Assembly: GCA_044229845.1 (NCBI GenBank)
Contig: JBGASG010000002.1
Location: 288,001-352,000 of the forward strand
DNA length: 64,000 nucleotides
Origin: Candidatus Obscuribacteraceae bacterium
GTDB lineage: Bacteria > Cyanobacteriota > Vampirovibrionia > Obscuribacterales > Obscuribacteraceae
Direction of reading: 5' to 3'
Positions within the stretch are counted from its first letter, which is position 1. The number at the start of each line of letters is the position of its first letter. The translations under genes and the position numbers were made by a program. Under the pieces are notes generated by a model. The model saw nothing but the letters and a program-made list of their open reading frames with translations, was not told the origin of the DNA and did not search any database. Shown piece by piece: positions 20,859 through 31,607 of this stretch.

Positions 20859-22088
20859 TTATCTCGTGCGGGGCAGCGAAAGCGTGAAAGTACTGCCGAC
20901 CCCCAGCTTGCTCTCAATATCGAGCGTACCTCGATGCGCATCGGCAACTGCCTTCACAATCGCCAGCCCCAGTCCGGTGCCCCCGGAAGCGCGCGACCGA
21001 GATTTGTCGACACGGACAAACCGATCGCAAATTCTGGGCAGGCTCTCTTCAGGTATACCTATGCCTGTGTCAGTGACCGCAATTGCTACGGTTTTCTCAG
21101 TAGTCAAAAGTCTCACCACCACGTTTCCGCCTTCGTTTGTGTAACGCAGCGCATTCTCCAGCAAGTTGGAGAGCGCGCGATGCAGCGCCTCGGCATTACC
21201 GGTCACAATCACGCTGGTCATTGCTTCCGCGCTCAATTCTACAGTCTTCTCGCGAAACCGGTCTTTGACTTCTTCAACAGCCGCTCCGGCAACCAGCGCC
21301 ACATCTACCGGTTTTCTCTTCATAGTCAACAGAGGATCTTCAACTTCGGAGAGCAAGAGCAAATCGTTGACCACCTGATTCAAGCGGTCCATAGAGCTAA
21401 CCGCCACCTTCAGATCATCTTCTTCGACACCCAGTTTTTGCAGCCTTCGCTCTAGAGTCTCCAGGCGCGCCTGCAGAATGGTCAAAGGCGTGTTTAGCTC
21501 ATGACTGGCATCGGCCACGAACGTCTTCAAGATCTGAACGCTCTCTTTAATCGGCAAAGTGACACGATATGCCACCCAATAACTGGCAGCACTGAGCAAA
21601 CCGAGAAAAAGCACGCCGATGTAACAGGCACTCACTTGCAGTTGCTGGAGGGCTTCATCCCTTTGCCGAGTCGACTGCTGCAACTGCACATAGCCTCTGG
21701 TCAGGTTGCCTTGCATGATCGGGCTGCAAGCAACGCGCACGCATTGTCCGCCTTGCTTCCACTCTCTGGCGCTCGGAATCAATCGCTCAACCCCAGCCGG
21801 TCCGTAGTGCTCGAGCAATCGGCCTTGACTGTCGAAAAGTTGAATCGTCACCAGCGAACGAACGGGATCGGTTCGCACCGTGCGAATCCAGTCTCTGAAC
21901 TTCGGTCGATCGCCCTGCACATCGATCGCGTGCCCGATCTGCGAAACGATGACTTTCAACTCGTCGTCGATCGATGCCGTCAATCCGTGCTCGAATATAA
22001 CGAGACCGAGCAAACTGAGAGTGATGTAAATGACTGCCGAAAGCCCCACGAACATGAGGGTTATCTTCAGTCGCAGGTCTTCAAACAT
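20859..22088 (-). CDS. Sensor histidine kinase
   Basis: Two TMs; ADASHELNTPL H-box; NLLENALRY, DTGIGI, GTGLGL. Confidence 0.95.
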   Translation of the reverse strand: MFEDLRLKITLMFVGLSAVIYITLSLLGLVIFEHGLTASIDDELKVIVSQIGHAIDVQGDRPKFRDWIRTVRTDPVRSLVTIQLFDSQGRLLEHYGPAGVERLIPSAREWKQGGQCVRVACSPIMQGNLTRGYVQLQQSTRQRDEALQQLQVSACYIGVLFLGLLSAASYWVAYRVTLPIKESVQILKTFVADASHELNTPLTILQARLETLERRLQKLGVEEDDLKVAVSSMDRLNQVVNDLLLLSEVEDPLLTMKRKPVDVALVAGAAVEEVKDRFREKTVELSAEAMTSVIVTGNAEALHRALSNLLENALRYTNEGGNVVVRLLTTEKTVAIAVTDTGIGIPEESLPRICDRFVRVDKSRSRASGGTGLGLAIVKAVADAHRGTLDIESKLGVGSTFTLSLPRTR

Positions 22089-22762
22089 CAGGAAGTCTCA
22101 AGCTTGTAGCCCATGCCATAGACGTTTTTGATCAAAGAATTTTCCGATGCGCCGTCGATCTTTTTGCGCAAGGTCTTTATATTACTGCGGACGGTCTCAG
22201 CTGTCACAGAACTATCGGAGCCCCACACCTGGTCGAGCAGCGCATCGACCGATACGACCGACTTCTCGTGACGCATCAGGTATTCCAGAAGCATGAATTC
22301 TTTTGGCAGCAAATGCAAAGGCTTGCCTGACTTGGTTACGGTGCAGGCATTGCGGTCCAGTATTAGATCTCCGACCGCAAACTCGGCTTTTGGCGCACCC
22401 TGCCGGCGCAACAACGCCCGCGCGCGAGCGGAAAGCTCGCGCAATTGAAACGGCTTGGTCAGATAGTCGTCTGCCCCGGCATCCAATCCCGACTCTTTCG
22501 ACGTCAGCGAAGAGCGCGCCGTTAAAACCAAAATCGGCATCGCGCCACCATTTCTCCGGTACTGCTTGCAAACTTCGATGCCGTTCAGCTCAGGCAACAT
22601 CAAGTCGAGAATCAATAGATCATACGCTCGCGACTCCAGCAGGGTCATCGCAGAACGCCCATCGCCAGCCAGCTCAACCAGGTGCAGGTCCTCCTCTTGC
22701 AACCAGTTGCGGATCACCTCAGCCAGCTCGACTTCATCTTCCACAAGCAATATCTTTGGCAC
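22088..22762 (-). CDS. OmpR-family response regulator
   Basis: LLVEDE, LDLMLP, GADDYLTKPF, winged-helix C-terminus YGMGY. Confidence 0.95.
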   Translation of the reverse strand: MPKILLVEDEVELAEVIRNWLQEEDLHLVELAGDGRSAMTLLESRAYDLLILDLMLPELNGIEVCKQYRRNGGAMPILVLTARSSLTSKESGLDAGADDYLTKPFQLRELSARARALLRRQGAPKAEFAVGDLILDRNACTVTKSGKPLHLLPKEFMLLEYLMRHEKSVVSVDALLDQVWGSDSSVTAETVRSNIKTLRKKIDGASENSLIKNVYGMGYKLETS

Positions 22763-22769
22763 GATAGAT

Positions 22770-24098
22770 TCACTCGCCTGCTGCTGAGGCCCTTCGTTTG
22801 CCGGCCGTTTCGAGGTCGGTGGCGTTGGCAGCCCTGGTTTGCACGGATGCGCCTGTCTTGTAGTCGTCCGAGCCCTTTAGCAGAATTGTATCTCCCGCCT
22901 GCAAATCACCAACTATCTCGATGCGATTGTCCATCGTATCACCGGTTTTCACCGAAACCACATCGACTTTGCCATTCTTGACGCGGACAACGAATGTATC
23001 GCGCAGCGTCGTTACTACACTGGAGGTGGGCACGAGCAGCGTAGCGTACGGTCGCCTCACTTGCCACTGCACACTTGCATACATGCCAGGCTCCAATTGA
23101 CCACTGGCGTTGTCGACGTCCATTTCCACCGGCATGGTGCGTGTCTCAACGTCTAGAGCATGCCCGATGCGACTGATCGTGCCAGTGAACTTCTTGCCCA
23201 GATAAGCGGGCACAGTGAATGTCAGCTTTTCGCCTAGCTGGGTGCCGGCTACTTCCAGCTCAGGAACCGACACAACCACCCGCAGCCGGTCGGTCTGCAC
23301 CAGTCGCAAAAGCGGATGCGCTTCGCTGTTGCGCGCCGGATCAACCCCAGCCATGTCGCCTTCGTGCACCCAGCGCTCCGTGATCGTGCCGGCAATCGGT
23401 GCTTTGATCGTCAAATATTCTCTGGTCGATTCCAGCGCCTTGAGAGAGCTGGCTTCAGCATTGATGCTTTGCTGCTTAGCCCCAACGACCGACTGCGCCG
23501 CTTTCACTTTCGAACGCGCGGCATTGATGCGGGCTTGATCTCCTTCAACAGTCTTCGCGGCAGTGTCGACTTCGTTTTGAGCCACCGCACCAGGCTCTTG
23601 TGCTGCTTGCTTCAAGCGTTGCAAAGTCAGGTGGTCACTGTCCAGTTTCGCCTGCAATTCCAATTGCGTCGCTTTGTCAGCCTCCAACTGGGAGAGCGCC
23701 TCTGCGTAGCCGGCTCGCGCCGCCGCCAATTTGGCACCCAACTCTTCAACCTGCGCATCGATTTCGGGCGCCGTCAGCTTGATCAGCACCTGCCCTGCGG
23801 CTACTTTCGAGCCGCGATCGACGCCGATCCAGGAAACGAATCCCTTTAGCTTAGAATGCAGTTTTACATCGCGAAACGCCTGCAACTCCGCCGGCAGTTC
23901 AATCGCTCTGTCCATCATCCCGGAAGCGACGGTCACCACAGGCACCTGATCGTCGGCAGGGCGAGCAGTGGTATCACTGCCGACGCTGCCCGCATTGGCG
24001 CCCGACGGTGCAGCCTGATCGCCCGGTGCCGTGCACGACGTCAGCGCCGCCAGCAAGAGCAGGCAAAGGATGTTCAACGCCGTCTCGCGCACTTTCAA
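22770..24098 (-). CDS. RND efflux periplasmic adaptor (MFP), lipoprotein
   Basis: LTSC lipobox; lipoyl halves, coiled-coil hairpin, IKAPIAG, LEPGMY. Confidence 0.93.
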   Translation of the reverse strand: MKVRETALNILCLLLLAALTSCTAPGDQAAPSGANAGSVGSDTTARPADDQVPVVTVASGMMDRAIELPAELQAFRDVKLHSKLKGFVSWIGVDRGSKVAAGQVLIKLTAPEIDAQVEELGAKLAAARAGYAEALSQLEADKATQLELQAKLDSDHLTLQRLKQAAQEPGAVAQNEVDTAAKTVEGDQARINAARSKVKAAQSVVGAKQQSINAEASSLKALESTREYLTIKAPIAGTITERWVHEGDMAGVDPARNSEAHPLLRLVQTDRLRVVVSVPELEVAGTQLGEKLTFTVPAYLGKKFTGTISRIGHALDVETRTMPVEMDVDNASGQLEPGMYASVQWQVRRPYATLLVPTSSVVTTLRDTFVVRVKNGKVDVVSVKTGDTMDNRIEIVGDLQAGDTILLKGSDDYKTGASVQTRAANATDLETAGKRRASAAGE

Positions 24099-27000
24099 TT
24101 GCTCCCTCCTGCGGATGTTGAGACCGCGTGCGTTTCATGATCGATGTCTTGCGTTGCCAAAAGATCGGCGCTGCGTCGTCCCGCCCGGCGGCGCGCTAGA
24201 GCGAACACCAGAGGCAGGATCAGCAATACAGAAGAGGTTGAGGCCAAAAGTCCTCCGATCACGGCCCGCCCCAGCGGTGCGGTGCGCTCACCGCCCTCTC
24301 CCAATCCGAGGGCCATCGGAATCATTCCTGCGATCATAGCCAGACTGGTCATCAAAACGGGACGCAATCGCGACGAGGCACCACGCAGTGCTGCCTGGAA
24401 CGCGCCGGCACCGCGCATACGCTTTGCCTCCGCAAAAACAACCACCAATATTGCGTTGGCGACACCGACGCCGATCGCCATGATGGTGCCCATGAACGAC
24501 TGCACGTTTATCGTCGTAGAGGTAAGAAACAAAGATGCCAGCGCCCCACAGATAACGGCGGGTATGACGGCGGCAACAGCCAGAGCCAGGGCAAGAGACT
24601 GGAAGTACGCCAGTAGCATGAGCAGAATCACAATCACGGCAAAAGCCACCCCGGCAATTAAGGCATCGAAAGTCGACTTCATGGTCGGCACCTGACCGCG
24701 CACAGTGAGATGCACTCCCCGCGGTGGCTCGTGCAATTTCTTGAGGGCCTTGTTAATCGACCGCACGGAACCGCCCAGATCGTCGCCGGTGATGTTGGCA
24801 GTCAGGCTCACCATACGCCTCATATTGTAATGATCGTATTCACCGACCATGGTGCCGAGCCGGACGCGAGCAGCATCGCGAAGAAACGGTCCTGAAAAAC
24901 TTCCCGTCTTGACCGGGATGCTTTCGATGTCGGTTATGGATTTCATCTGGGCTTGCGGCACTTCGATCTGCACCTGGTATGACAGCCCGCTTGAGGGGTC
25001 GCGCCAGAACACCGGCTCGACAAATCGACTGGAATAAGTGGCAGCAATCTCGGATTTGCCCACATCTCTGGCAGTCAGTCCGAGCTGCCCCGCACGACGG
25101 CGGTCTACGTCGATATTAACGGTGGGATACTCAAGTGGCTGCACGATGCCGACATCACGCAATTGTGGAATTGCCTGCAGCGCCGTCAACACCTCGTGGG
25201 CGTATGCAGAATCGCGCGAGAAGTTTGGACCATCGATGTCGATTTGAATGGGTGTCGGCGATCCAAAGTTCATAATCTGGCTGACGATGTCGCCCGCCTC
25301 GAAAGTAAAAGAAACATCCGGAAAGTCTTTCTTCAAAAGTGGGCGCAGGCGTTCCTGCAACTGCCGAACTTGCACATGCGACTGCGGGCGCAACGCCACC
25401 AGCAAGACTGCTTCTTGCGGTCCGCTAGTCCAGATATACACGTTGCTCACTGCATAACTGGGCGGTTGAGTCCCGACATAGCCTATGGAAATTTCGACGT
25501 TCTGCTCGCCGACTTCGTGCGAAATCACTTGCAATACATCTTGTGCAATCGCTTCGGTCTTTTCAAATCTAGTGCCGGCAGGCGCGCGTAAACGCAATTG
25601 AAACCCGGAAGGATTGCCGGTCGGGAAGATCTCGCTACCCAAAAGCGGATAAACGCAGCAGCAGCAAATCAGGATCAAAGCATAAGCAGCCAGCGCGAAA
25701 GTCGGAGCGCGCAATACTTTCAGCAAACTCCGCTTGTATCGCGCCTCAAACGTGCTGAAGGGCGAACGTCCGCGCCTCGCATGAGCGCTGGCAGCTGGTT
25801 TCAAAATCCATGCCGAGACTACCGGCACAAATGTATTCGACAGCACATACGATGCCACCATGGCAAAGCCGACAGCCAGAGAGAGCGGCACAAACAAAGC
25901 TTGCGTGCTGCCCACCATAAAAAAGGAAGGCATGAACACTGAGACGACGGCAAGCATCGCCAGCAGTTGCGGAGTGACGACTTCGCAACAGGCATCGAAG
26001 ACTGCTCTGGCTACATTGGCTGTCTTATGCAGGTGTGTGTGTATGTTTTCAATCGCGACGGTCGCCTCGTCGACCAGAATGCCGACGGCGAGCGATAGCC
26101 CGCCAAGAGTCATAATGTTGACAGTCTGCCCGCTTGCCCACAGTCCAACAATCGCCGCCAGCAAGGCGACTGGGATGTTCATGACCACAATCAATGCGCT
26201 GCGCCAGTCGCGCAAGAACAACAGCACCGTCAGTCCTGTCAACACCGCTCCCAGCAAGCCTTCAATACAAACGCCATTGATCGCCTCGGTGACATAGATT
26301 GACTGGTCGAACTGGAAGCTCACCTGAATGTCCTCCGGCAACAATGACTGCATGTAGCCAATCTTGTCTTTGATGCCGTTGACGACAGCCAGCGTTGACG
26401 CGCTCGATTGTTTTGAAATCGCCATATACACCGCACGCCTGCCGTTGACTAACGCATATCCGGTGGCGATATCTGTGTCGTCGGCAATATTGGCGATATC
26501 ACGCAAATAGACTGACGGTCCGGACCCCAGTCGCATCGGGATATCACCGAGTTCCGAAATATCACCGACCGTCGAGTCGATAGAGGCGATGCGCTGCACA
26601 TCGCCCGTCCGCACGACCCCGGATGGCACGATCAAGTTGCCGGTCGTCAACCCTTTCACCACATCGTCAAGCGACAGATGATATTCATTGAGGCGCTCGC
26701 TGTTGATCGTGATAACAATCGAACGCTGGTTGCCTCCGAAAGGCGGCGGGGTAGAAACGCCGGGCGTGGTTGAAACAACCGGACGAACGCGCGCGTAAGC
26801 CAGATCTTGAATCTCGGACAGGCTGCGCGCTGGACTGCTGAAAACCAGGAAGCCCACAGGAACATTGCCTACGTCATAACGCAATATAAAAGGCGTCACC
26901 GTGCCGGGAGGCATATAGGCGCGTGACCGTTCCACCTGTGCCACCACTTGCGCCATCGCATCAGCCATGTCGGTGCCCGGCTGGAAGTAAATATTCATGA

Positions 27001-27268
27001 TCGCGCAGCTTTGAATTGCTTTGGAAGAAACGTGATCGACTCCGCTGATATAGAAGAAGTGCTGTTCATAGTTAGTGACCAGGAAACCTTCCATCTGTGC
27101 GGCGTCCATGCCGCCATACGGCTGAACCACAGTAATCATCGGCACGTTCAAGTCGGGGAAGATATCCACCTTCATGCGTGTCAGGGATAGTGCCGCCATC
27201 ACGACCACAGATATGACGACCACCATCATGGTGACAGGGCGGTTCATGGCCAGGCGAATCAACCACAT
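24095..27268 (-). CDS. RND efflux permease (AcrB/CzcA superfamily)
   Basis: 1057 aa; VDIFP, NIMTLGGLSLAVGILVDEATV.IEN, RLRPVLMT, APLGRAVIGG. Confidence 0.95.
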   Translation of the reverse strand: MWLIRLAMNRPVTMMVVVISVVVMAALSLTRMKVDIFPDLNVPMITVVQPYGGMDAAQMEGFLVTNYEQHFFYISGVDHVSSKAIQSCAIMNIYFQPGTDMADAMAQVVAQVERSRAYMPPGTVTPFILRYDVGNVPVGFLVFSSPARSLSEIQDLAYARVRPVVSTTPGVSTPPPFGGNQRSIVITINSERLNEYHLSLDDVVKGLTTGNLIVPSGVVRTGDVQRIASIDSTVGDISELGDIPMRLGSGPSVYLRDIANIADDTDIATGYALVNGRRAVYMAISKQSSASTLAVVNGIKDKIGYMQSLLPEDIQVSFQFDQSIYVTEAINGVCIEGLLGAVLTGLTVLLFLRDWRSALIVVMNIPVALLAAIVGLWASGQTVNIMTLGGLSLAVGILVDEATVAIENIHTHLHKTANVARAVFDACCEVVTPQLLAMLAVVSVFMPSFFMVGSTQALFVPLSLAVGFAMVASYVLSNTFVPVVSAWILKPAASAHARRGRSPFSTFEARYKRSLLKVLRAPTFALAAYALILICCCCVYPLLGSEIFPTGNPSGFQLRLRAPAGTRFEKTEAIAQDVLQVISHEVGEQNVEISIGYVGTQPPSYAVSNVYIWTSGPQEAVLLVALRPQSHVQVRQLQERLRPLLKKDFPDVSFTFEAGDIVSQIMNFGSPTPIQIDIDGPNFSRDSAYAHEVLTALQAIPQLRDVGIVQPLEYPTVNIDVDRRRAGQLGLTARDVGKSEIAATYSSRFVEPVFWRDPSSGLSYQVQIEVPQAQMKSITDIESIPVKTGSFSGPFLRDAARVRLGTMVGEYDHYNMRRMVSLTANITGDDLGGSVRSINKALKKLHEPPRGVHLTVRGQVPTMKSTFDALIAGVAFAVIVILLMLLAYFQSLALALAVAAVIPAVICGALASLFLTSTTINVQSFMGTIMAIGVGVANAILVVVFAEAKRMRGAGAFQAALRGASSRLRPVLMTSLAMIAGMIPMALGLGEGGERTAPLGRAVIGGLLASTSSVLLILPLVFALARRRAGRRSADLLATQDIDHETHAVSTSAGGSN

Positions 27269-27271
27269 AGA

Positions 27272-28834
27272 CTACCGGCTCCGCTTTTCGAGACGCACCG
27301 CTTCGTCCATGAACGGCTTCAGCTCGCCATGCACGGCCGCCACCGCCAGCAGTGCCTGCCACACTCCTACTTGAGCGACGGCCGCCTTCACTCGCGAGTC
27401 GGCTAAGACCTGATTGGCTTCGGCCACCTGGGCGACCGACCCCAGACCCACCTGATAACGCGCCTGCGCCTGCCGGCTGGCTTTATATGCCGCCGCCACC
27501 TGAACCGGCATGTTAGCCGCCAGCTCAACCGCTGCCTTGACGCGCGCCCGCGCCTGCATGTCTTGTGTGCGTAAGCTGGAAAGAATGTAATCGTAGTTGT
27601 GGCGCTGGGCAGCGATACGTTCTTGAACGACTTTCTTTTGGGCTTGAATGCGCAGAATGTCCATGAATGGGAAATCGATCACGACACCAACGTTCCAGTT
27701 AGGAATCGCGGTCGCAAACCCGTGTGCGTCCGCGGATTGGTCAAGTCCTTTGGTATTGAGACTGGAGCCGCGAAAGTTCATACCGCCCAGCCATCGAAAG
27801 ACCGGATAATACTCTTTGTCCAAGATGCGCTTGTAAGCGACTTCGCGAAGAATCGTCGCCTTGCCGCGCAAGGACAGAGGATGTGATTCAAACGAAGGGG
27901 TGCCCAGCTGCATATCAGGCGGCTCCGCAACATCGATGATCTCGCTGCTGTCGATCGCCAACCGCTTGCCACCGACGCCCAGCGAATTAGCCAGTTCAGC
28001 AATCGCCAGGTCATATTGCAGTCTGGCTCGAATCAGATCGTTTTGCGCATTCGCCAGTTGCGCATCAGCTAATGAGGCATCCGCCTCTGGTCGTAAATCC
28101 GCCCTGGCCTGCGCATGCACCACGCGGCTGAACTCGGCAAAGCGGTCGACGTTCGCTTGCGCAGCTTTGACTTGCTGCTCCATGACCACCGCCTGCAAAT
28201 AATCGCCGGCCGCCTGCACAACCACATCTAGTTGTGTTACCGCGTATTCGCTTTCCGCCACCGTCAGATCCGCTTTGGCACCTTGAATGCGCGCCTTGTG
28301 CAACCCAAAATCGATCGGCGCCCAGTCGATGATGAATCCGCTTCCCGAAAAGAACCCAGGGCTCATGTCAATCTTCTTGAAGCCCGGACCAGGGTTTGGT
28401 GGCAACACTGGACTGGAGAAGATCAGCTGAGTCAACTTATTGTGAGTCGCGACAACCTGTTGATACGATGCTAATGCAGTCGGATTGTATTCGCGAACCT
28501 TTTGCAGGGTCACTCCGCGCCTGGCAGCGGACACATCCGCACGTGCCTTCAATATCTTGGGATAGTTGGCGGCGGCGTACGCTACCGCACCTTGAAGGGT
28601 CAGTGCCTGAACAGGCGCCGACGGCTCACCATATGGTTTCAAAAAGATCGCCTGCCCTTTGACAAACGGTGTCACCTGGGGCGGATTTACAAGTGGTGGC
28701 GTATTCGGTGATGGCGGACGCAACGGTAGCGGCGCGTCCGACTCGGCAGCGCGGCACCGCCCAACTGCGGCAAGCAGAACCAGTCCCAAGAGGGCACAGC
28801 TGTGCAGAATTCTTATTGATATGCAGCGTCTCAC
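27272..28834 (-). CDS. TolC-family outer membrane efflux protein
   Basis: Signal peptide; OEP repeats (ARYQVGLGS); first gene of the RND operon. Confidence 0.9.
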   Translation of the reverse strand: MRRCISIRILHSCALLGLVLLAAVGRCRAAESDAPLPLRPPSPNTPPLVNPPQVTPFVKGQAIFLKPYGEPSAPVQALTLQGAVAYAAANYPKILKARADVSAARRGVTLQKVREYNPTALASYQQVVATHNKLTQLIFSSPVLPPNPGPGFKKIDMSPGFFSGSGFIIDWAPIDFGLHKARIQGAKADLTVAESEYAVTQLDVVVQAAGDYLQAVVMEQQVKAAQANVDRFAEFSRVVHAQARADLRPEADASLADAQLANAQNDLIRARLQYDLAIAELANSLGVGGKRLAIDSSEIIDVAEPPDMQLGTPSFESHPLSLRGKATILREVAYKRILDKEYYPVFRWLGGMNFRGSSLNTKGLDQSADAHGFATAIPNWNVGVVIDFPFMDILRIQAQKKVVQERIAAQRHNYDYILSSLRTQDMQARARVKAAVELAANMPVQVAAAYKASRQAQARYQVGLGSVAQVAEANQVLADSRVKAAVAQVGVWQALLAVAAVHGELKPFMDEAVRLEKRSR

Positions 28835-28919
28835 AATGGTTCGCCGGCAACAATCGGTTCACTGAGAACGTACCAAATGTGCGTTCGAATATTGTGCAAA
28901 CATTGTGTAAGTCGGGGGG

Positions 28920-29795
28920 TTAAGTGCCGATTTTGGCCAGCAATCCCAACTCGCGCGCTCTCTCGAACAAGTGATGAAACAACCACCCGGCTGCCACCAG
29001 ATAAACCAGATTCAGTCCCGAGGCGATCAACAGGTCATTCAGGGGCAAGCTGTTTCCCGCCAGCACCGCACGCATGCCTTCGAAGGCGTGACTGGCCGGA
29101 ATCGCCTGCGCCAGAGGCTGCAGCCAGGGCGGCAAAACACTGATCGGATAGAACACCGCCGCCAGCGGCTGAATCAGAAACGGAATCGCCCACGCCAATG
29201 CTTCCGCCTGGTGCCCATAGCGCAAAATCAGTCCGGTGGTAGCCATACCAATCGCCCAGCCGAAGACCAGAAGATTAGCGAAGAGCGGCACCACATACCA
29301 ACCCAACGCAAAGAGATTGAAGTTGTAAGCCATGCCCATCACTGAAAGTACGGCTACGACAATCAAGGTCTGCACGAAACCTATAAAGTAAGTAGCGGCA
29401 ACGAACTCGCGCACACGCACCGGCGCCACGAAAATATTGAGAAAATTGCGCGACCAGACATCTTCCAGGAAAGAAACCGTCACCGACTGCTGAGCGCGAT
29501 ACAGCACGTTCCACAAGATGGCAGCGGCAATCAGAAATGTAATTGCTGCCGGAACCGGACCTGCGGAACCAATCGCGGCCGCGCCACCACCATTCCCACT
29601 CACCGCACCATTCACTGCGCCGGCTGCGCCACCGGCGGCACCGCTCATGCGCATCAGGTAAACCGAAACAAAACCCCAGACCAACAAATCCATTGCCGGC
29701 CAGAAGAAAATATCCAGGATGCGAAATGACGTGCGCGAATACAAAAAGATGTAGCGCAGGATCAGTCCGCGCACGGCAGACCAGTTCATCAACAT
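28920..29795 (-). CDS. ABC-2 type permease
   Basis: Six TMs, EDVWSRN, VFYPISVLP.WLQ, FEGMR; GGGAGG RBS before ATG 29795; Gly/Ala-rich insert after TM1. Confidence 0.9.
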   Translation of the reverse strand: MLMNWSAVRGLILRYIFLYSRTSFRILDIFFWPAMDLLVWGFVSVYLMRMSGAAGGAAGAVNGAVSGNGGGAAAIGSAGPVPAAITFLIAAAILWNVLYRAQQSVTVSFLEDVWSRNFLNIFVAPVRVREFVAATYFIGFVQTLIVVAVLSVMGMAYNFNLFALGWYVVPLFANLLVFGWAIGMATTGLILRYGHQAEALAWAIPFLIQPLAAVFYPISVLPPWLQPLAQAIPASHAFEGMRAVLAGNSLPLNDLLIASGLNLVYLVAAGWLFHHLFERARELGLLAKIGT

Positions 29796-29853
29796 GATGC
29801 CGAGCCTCCCGCCGTGCTCACCGCGCTGTTCACCGTCCGGCTCACCGCCCCGT

Positions 29854-30654
29854 TCACGGTCCTTCTCCCTCTTCTTCGCCCTCAGCAATCAAATCGCCGC
29901 CGCGAGAGATATGTATAAACACCTCTTCCAAATTGTTCTGGTCAAAGCGCTGCACAATCTCATCAGGAGTTCCCGAGGCCAGCAGCCTTCCTTTACTGAC
30001 AAATATGAGGCGGTCGCAAACCTCCTCCACGTCCCGCATGTTATGCGAAGTTTGGATCATAGTAATTTTGCGTTCGCTCTGAACTCGCCTGAGCAACTTG
30101 CGCACCTTATCGGCAATGTCCGGATCCAGACTCGCCGTCGGTTCGTCCAACAAGAGCAGTTCCGGCTCGTTGAGCAACGCCTTGCAGAGATTGATGCGTG
30201 TCTGTTCGCCGCTGGATAGCTTTCCAGTGATCGAATTGCGAAACTGCTGCATCTCCAACAACTCGAGAAGCTCATCGATTTTCTTGAGCGGCTGCCGCAC
30301 TCCGTAGAGTTCCGCGAAGACGAGCAGGTTCTCCCACACCTTCAGGTTATGCGGCAGCATGACATACGCCGACGAAAAATTGCATCGCTTCAACACCTGC
30401 ACGCGATGCTTGTTCACATCCATCCCGAACACATTGACTGTGCCCTGCGTAGGGCTGATCAGACCCAACAATATTTGGATGGCTGTGGTTTTGCCGGCGC
30501 CATTCGGTCCCAGCAATCCCAAGATCTCTCCCTGGTTGACCGTGAACGAAAGGTCTTCGATAGCTACTTTGCTGCCGAAGGTTTTTCGTAAGTGCTGAAT
30601 CTCAACCACCGGTTTCTGGTGAGTGAGGACTGTTGCGTCCACTGGCATGACCAC
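29854..30654 (-). CDS. ABC transporter ATP-binding protein
   Basis: GPNGAGKT, LSSGE, LLLDEPT, SH. Confidence 0.95.
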   Translation of the reverse strand: MVMPVDATVLTHQKPVVEIQHLRKTFGSKVAIEDLSFTVNQGEILGLLGPNGAGKTTAIQILLGLISPTQGTVNVFGMDVNKHRVQVLKRCNFSSAYVMLPHNLKVWENLLVFAELYGVRQPLKKIDELLELLEMQQFRNSITGKLSSGEQTRINLCKALLNEPELLLLDEPTASLDPDIADKVRKLLRRVQSERKITMIQTSHNMRDVEEVCDRLIFVSKGRLLASGTPDEIVQRFDQNNLEEVFIHISRGGDLIAEGEEEGEGP

Positions 30655-30718
30655 ATCGGGAGCCGCCTAGTATACACCAACGCACCGGAAGCCGGCGGCG
30701 CAGCCGCCTACAATGACG

Positions 30719-30752
30719 AAGGAGCGGCACCGAGTTTGGTGCCGCTTCTTTG
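30719..30752. terminator. Hairpin, possible intrinsic terminator or attenuator
   Basis: AAGGAGCGGCACC-GAGTTT-GGTGCCGCTTCTT stem-loop ~65 bp upstream of the ABC ATPase start. Confidence 0.45.
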
Positions 30753-31510
30753 CGCTCGTCAAATTTCTTCTTCCCCCGCCAGCCGCGCAGATTCGCACGT
30801 CACCGAATCGCCAAATTCGATGATATGAGGGACGGCAACAAAACGATGGCGCATCGGCGTCACGATCTTGTGTGGATTGGTGTTGCAGACGCTCGGTGCG
30901 CCTGCCTCGCTTTGCTGTGTTAGTGCCTTTAGGATGAGCGCTTATATACGGAGGCTGTCGATTTTTGACAACTTCTTGCCAACTTCGTTAAAGAAGGCGC
31001 CAGCTGCCCTTTTGAAGACTCACACATCGACCACCCACACCGACCACCTGTTCTCGTCGGTCACAAGTGTGCATAGCGCAGGTCCTCATGCCACCATTCA
31101 CGGTGGCTGAAATTCTCATTTCTCGGGTCGGCTCGGCTAAGCCCCCTCAATCTGGTAGCAGCTCAGCCATAAAACAAGGTTAACCGGCTGGTTCAGCGTC
31201 GCCATCTGTCCTCGTCGCAGAAAACAAAAAGACCGAGCGCCTGCTGCACCTTCTGCTGGCAACCAGTCCAGCATCCCCGCCGGTTGCCAAGCGCCGCAAC
31301 CCCGGAAAGCCTCTCCAGCGCCTGCTTCAACTTGAATTACCCTGTCCAGAAAATTGCCAAACGATATCACTTTGGAGTTGACAGACTGGGGGAGCCGCCA
31401 AGAGGCTGTGTTCAAATGGGGCAAAAAGTCCCGCAAATAATGCAGATGTAAGCTCTCGCCAACATCCTGAACGAAGGTCAAGGTGCAGGTAATTAATAGC
31501 TAAGAGTGAT

Positions 31511-31539
31511 TTGACATCCCCTTTAATGTCGGACAATAT
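31511..31539 (+). promoter_or_regulatory. Putative sigma70 promoter for the TonB-C gene
   Basis: TTGACA-17 bp-CAATAT, ~70 bp upstream of ATG 31608. Confidence 0.5.
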
Positions 31540-31607
31540 GGAGACTAAGGGCAAGGCGTCCCACGCCCGCCCCAGGCGCGCTAAGCGAGAGGAAGCCTGC
31601 TTCGTCC

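Noticed and set aside
24095..27268. Altered RND proton-relay residues (VDEAT, VANAIL) as a sign of inactivity
   Set aside because: Such variants occur in this RND subfamily and the operon is intact; the substrate (metal versus drug) cannot be assigned by eye.
30726..30745. Resemblance to the SpCas9 tracrRNA 3' hairpin (GGCACCGAGT..GGTGC)
   Set aside because: Short match only, with no anti-repeat, nexus or cas9; best treated as chance within a GC-rich hairpin.
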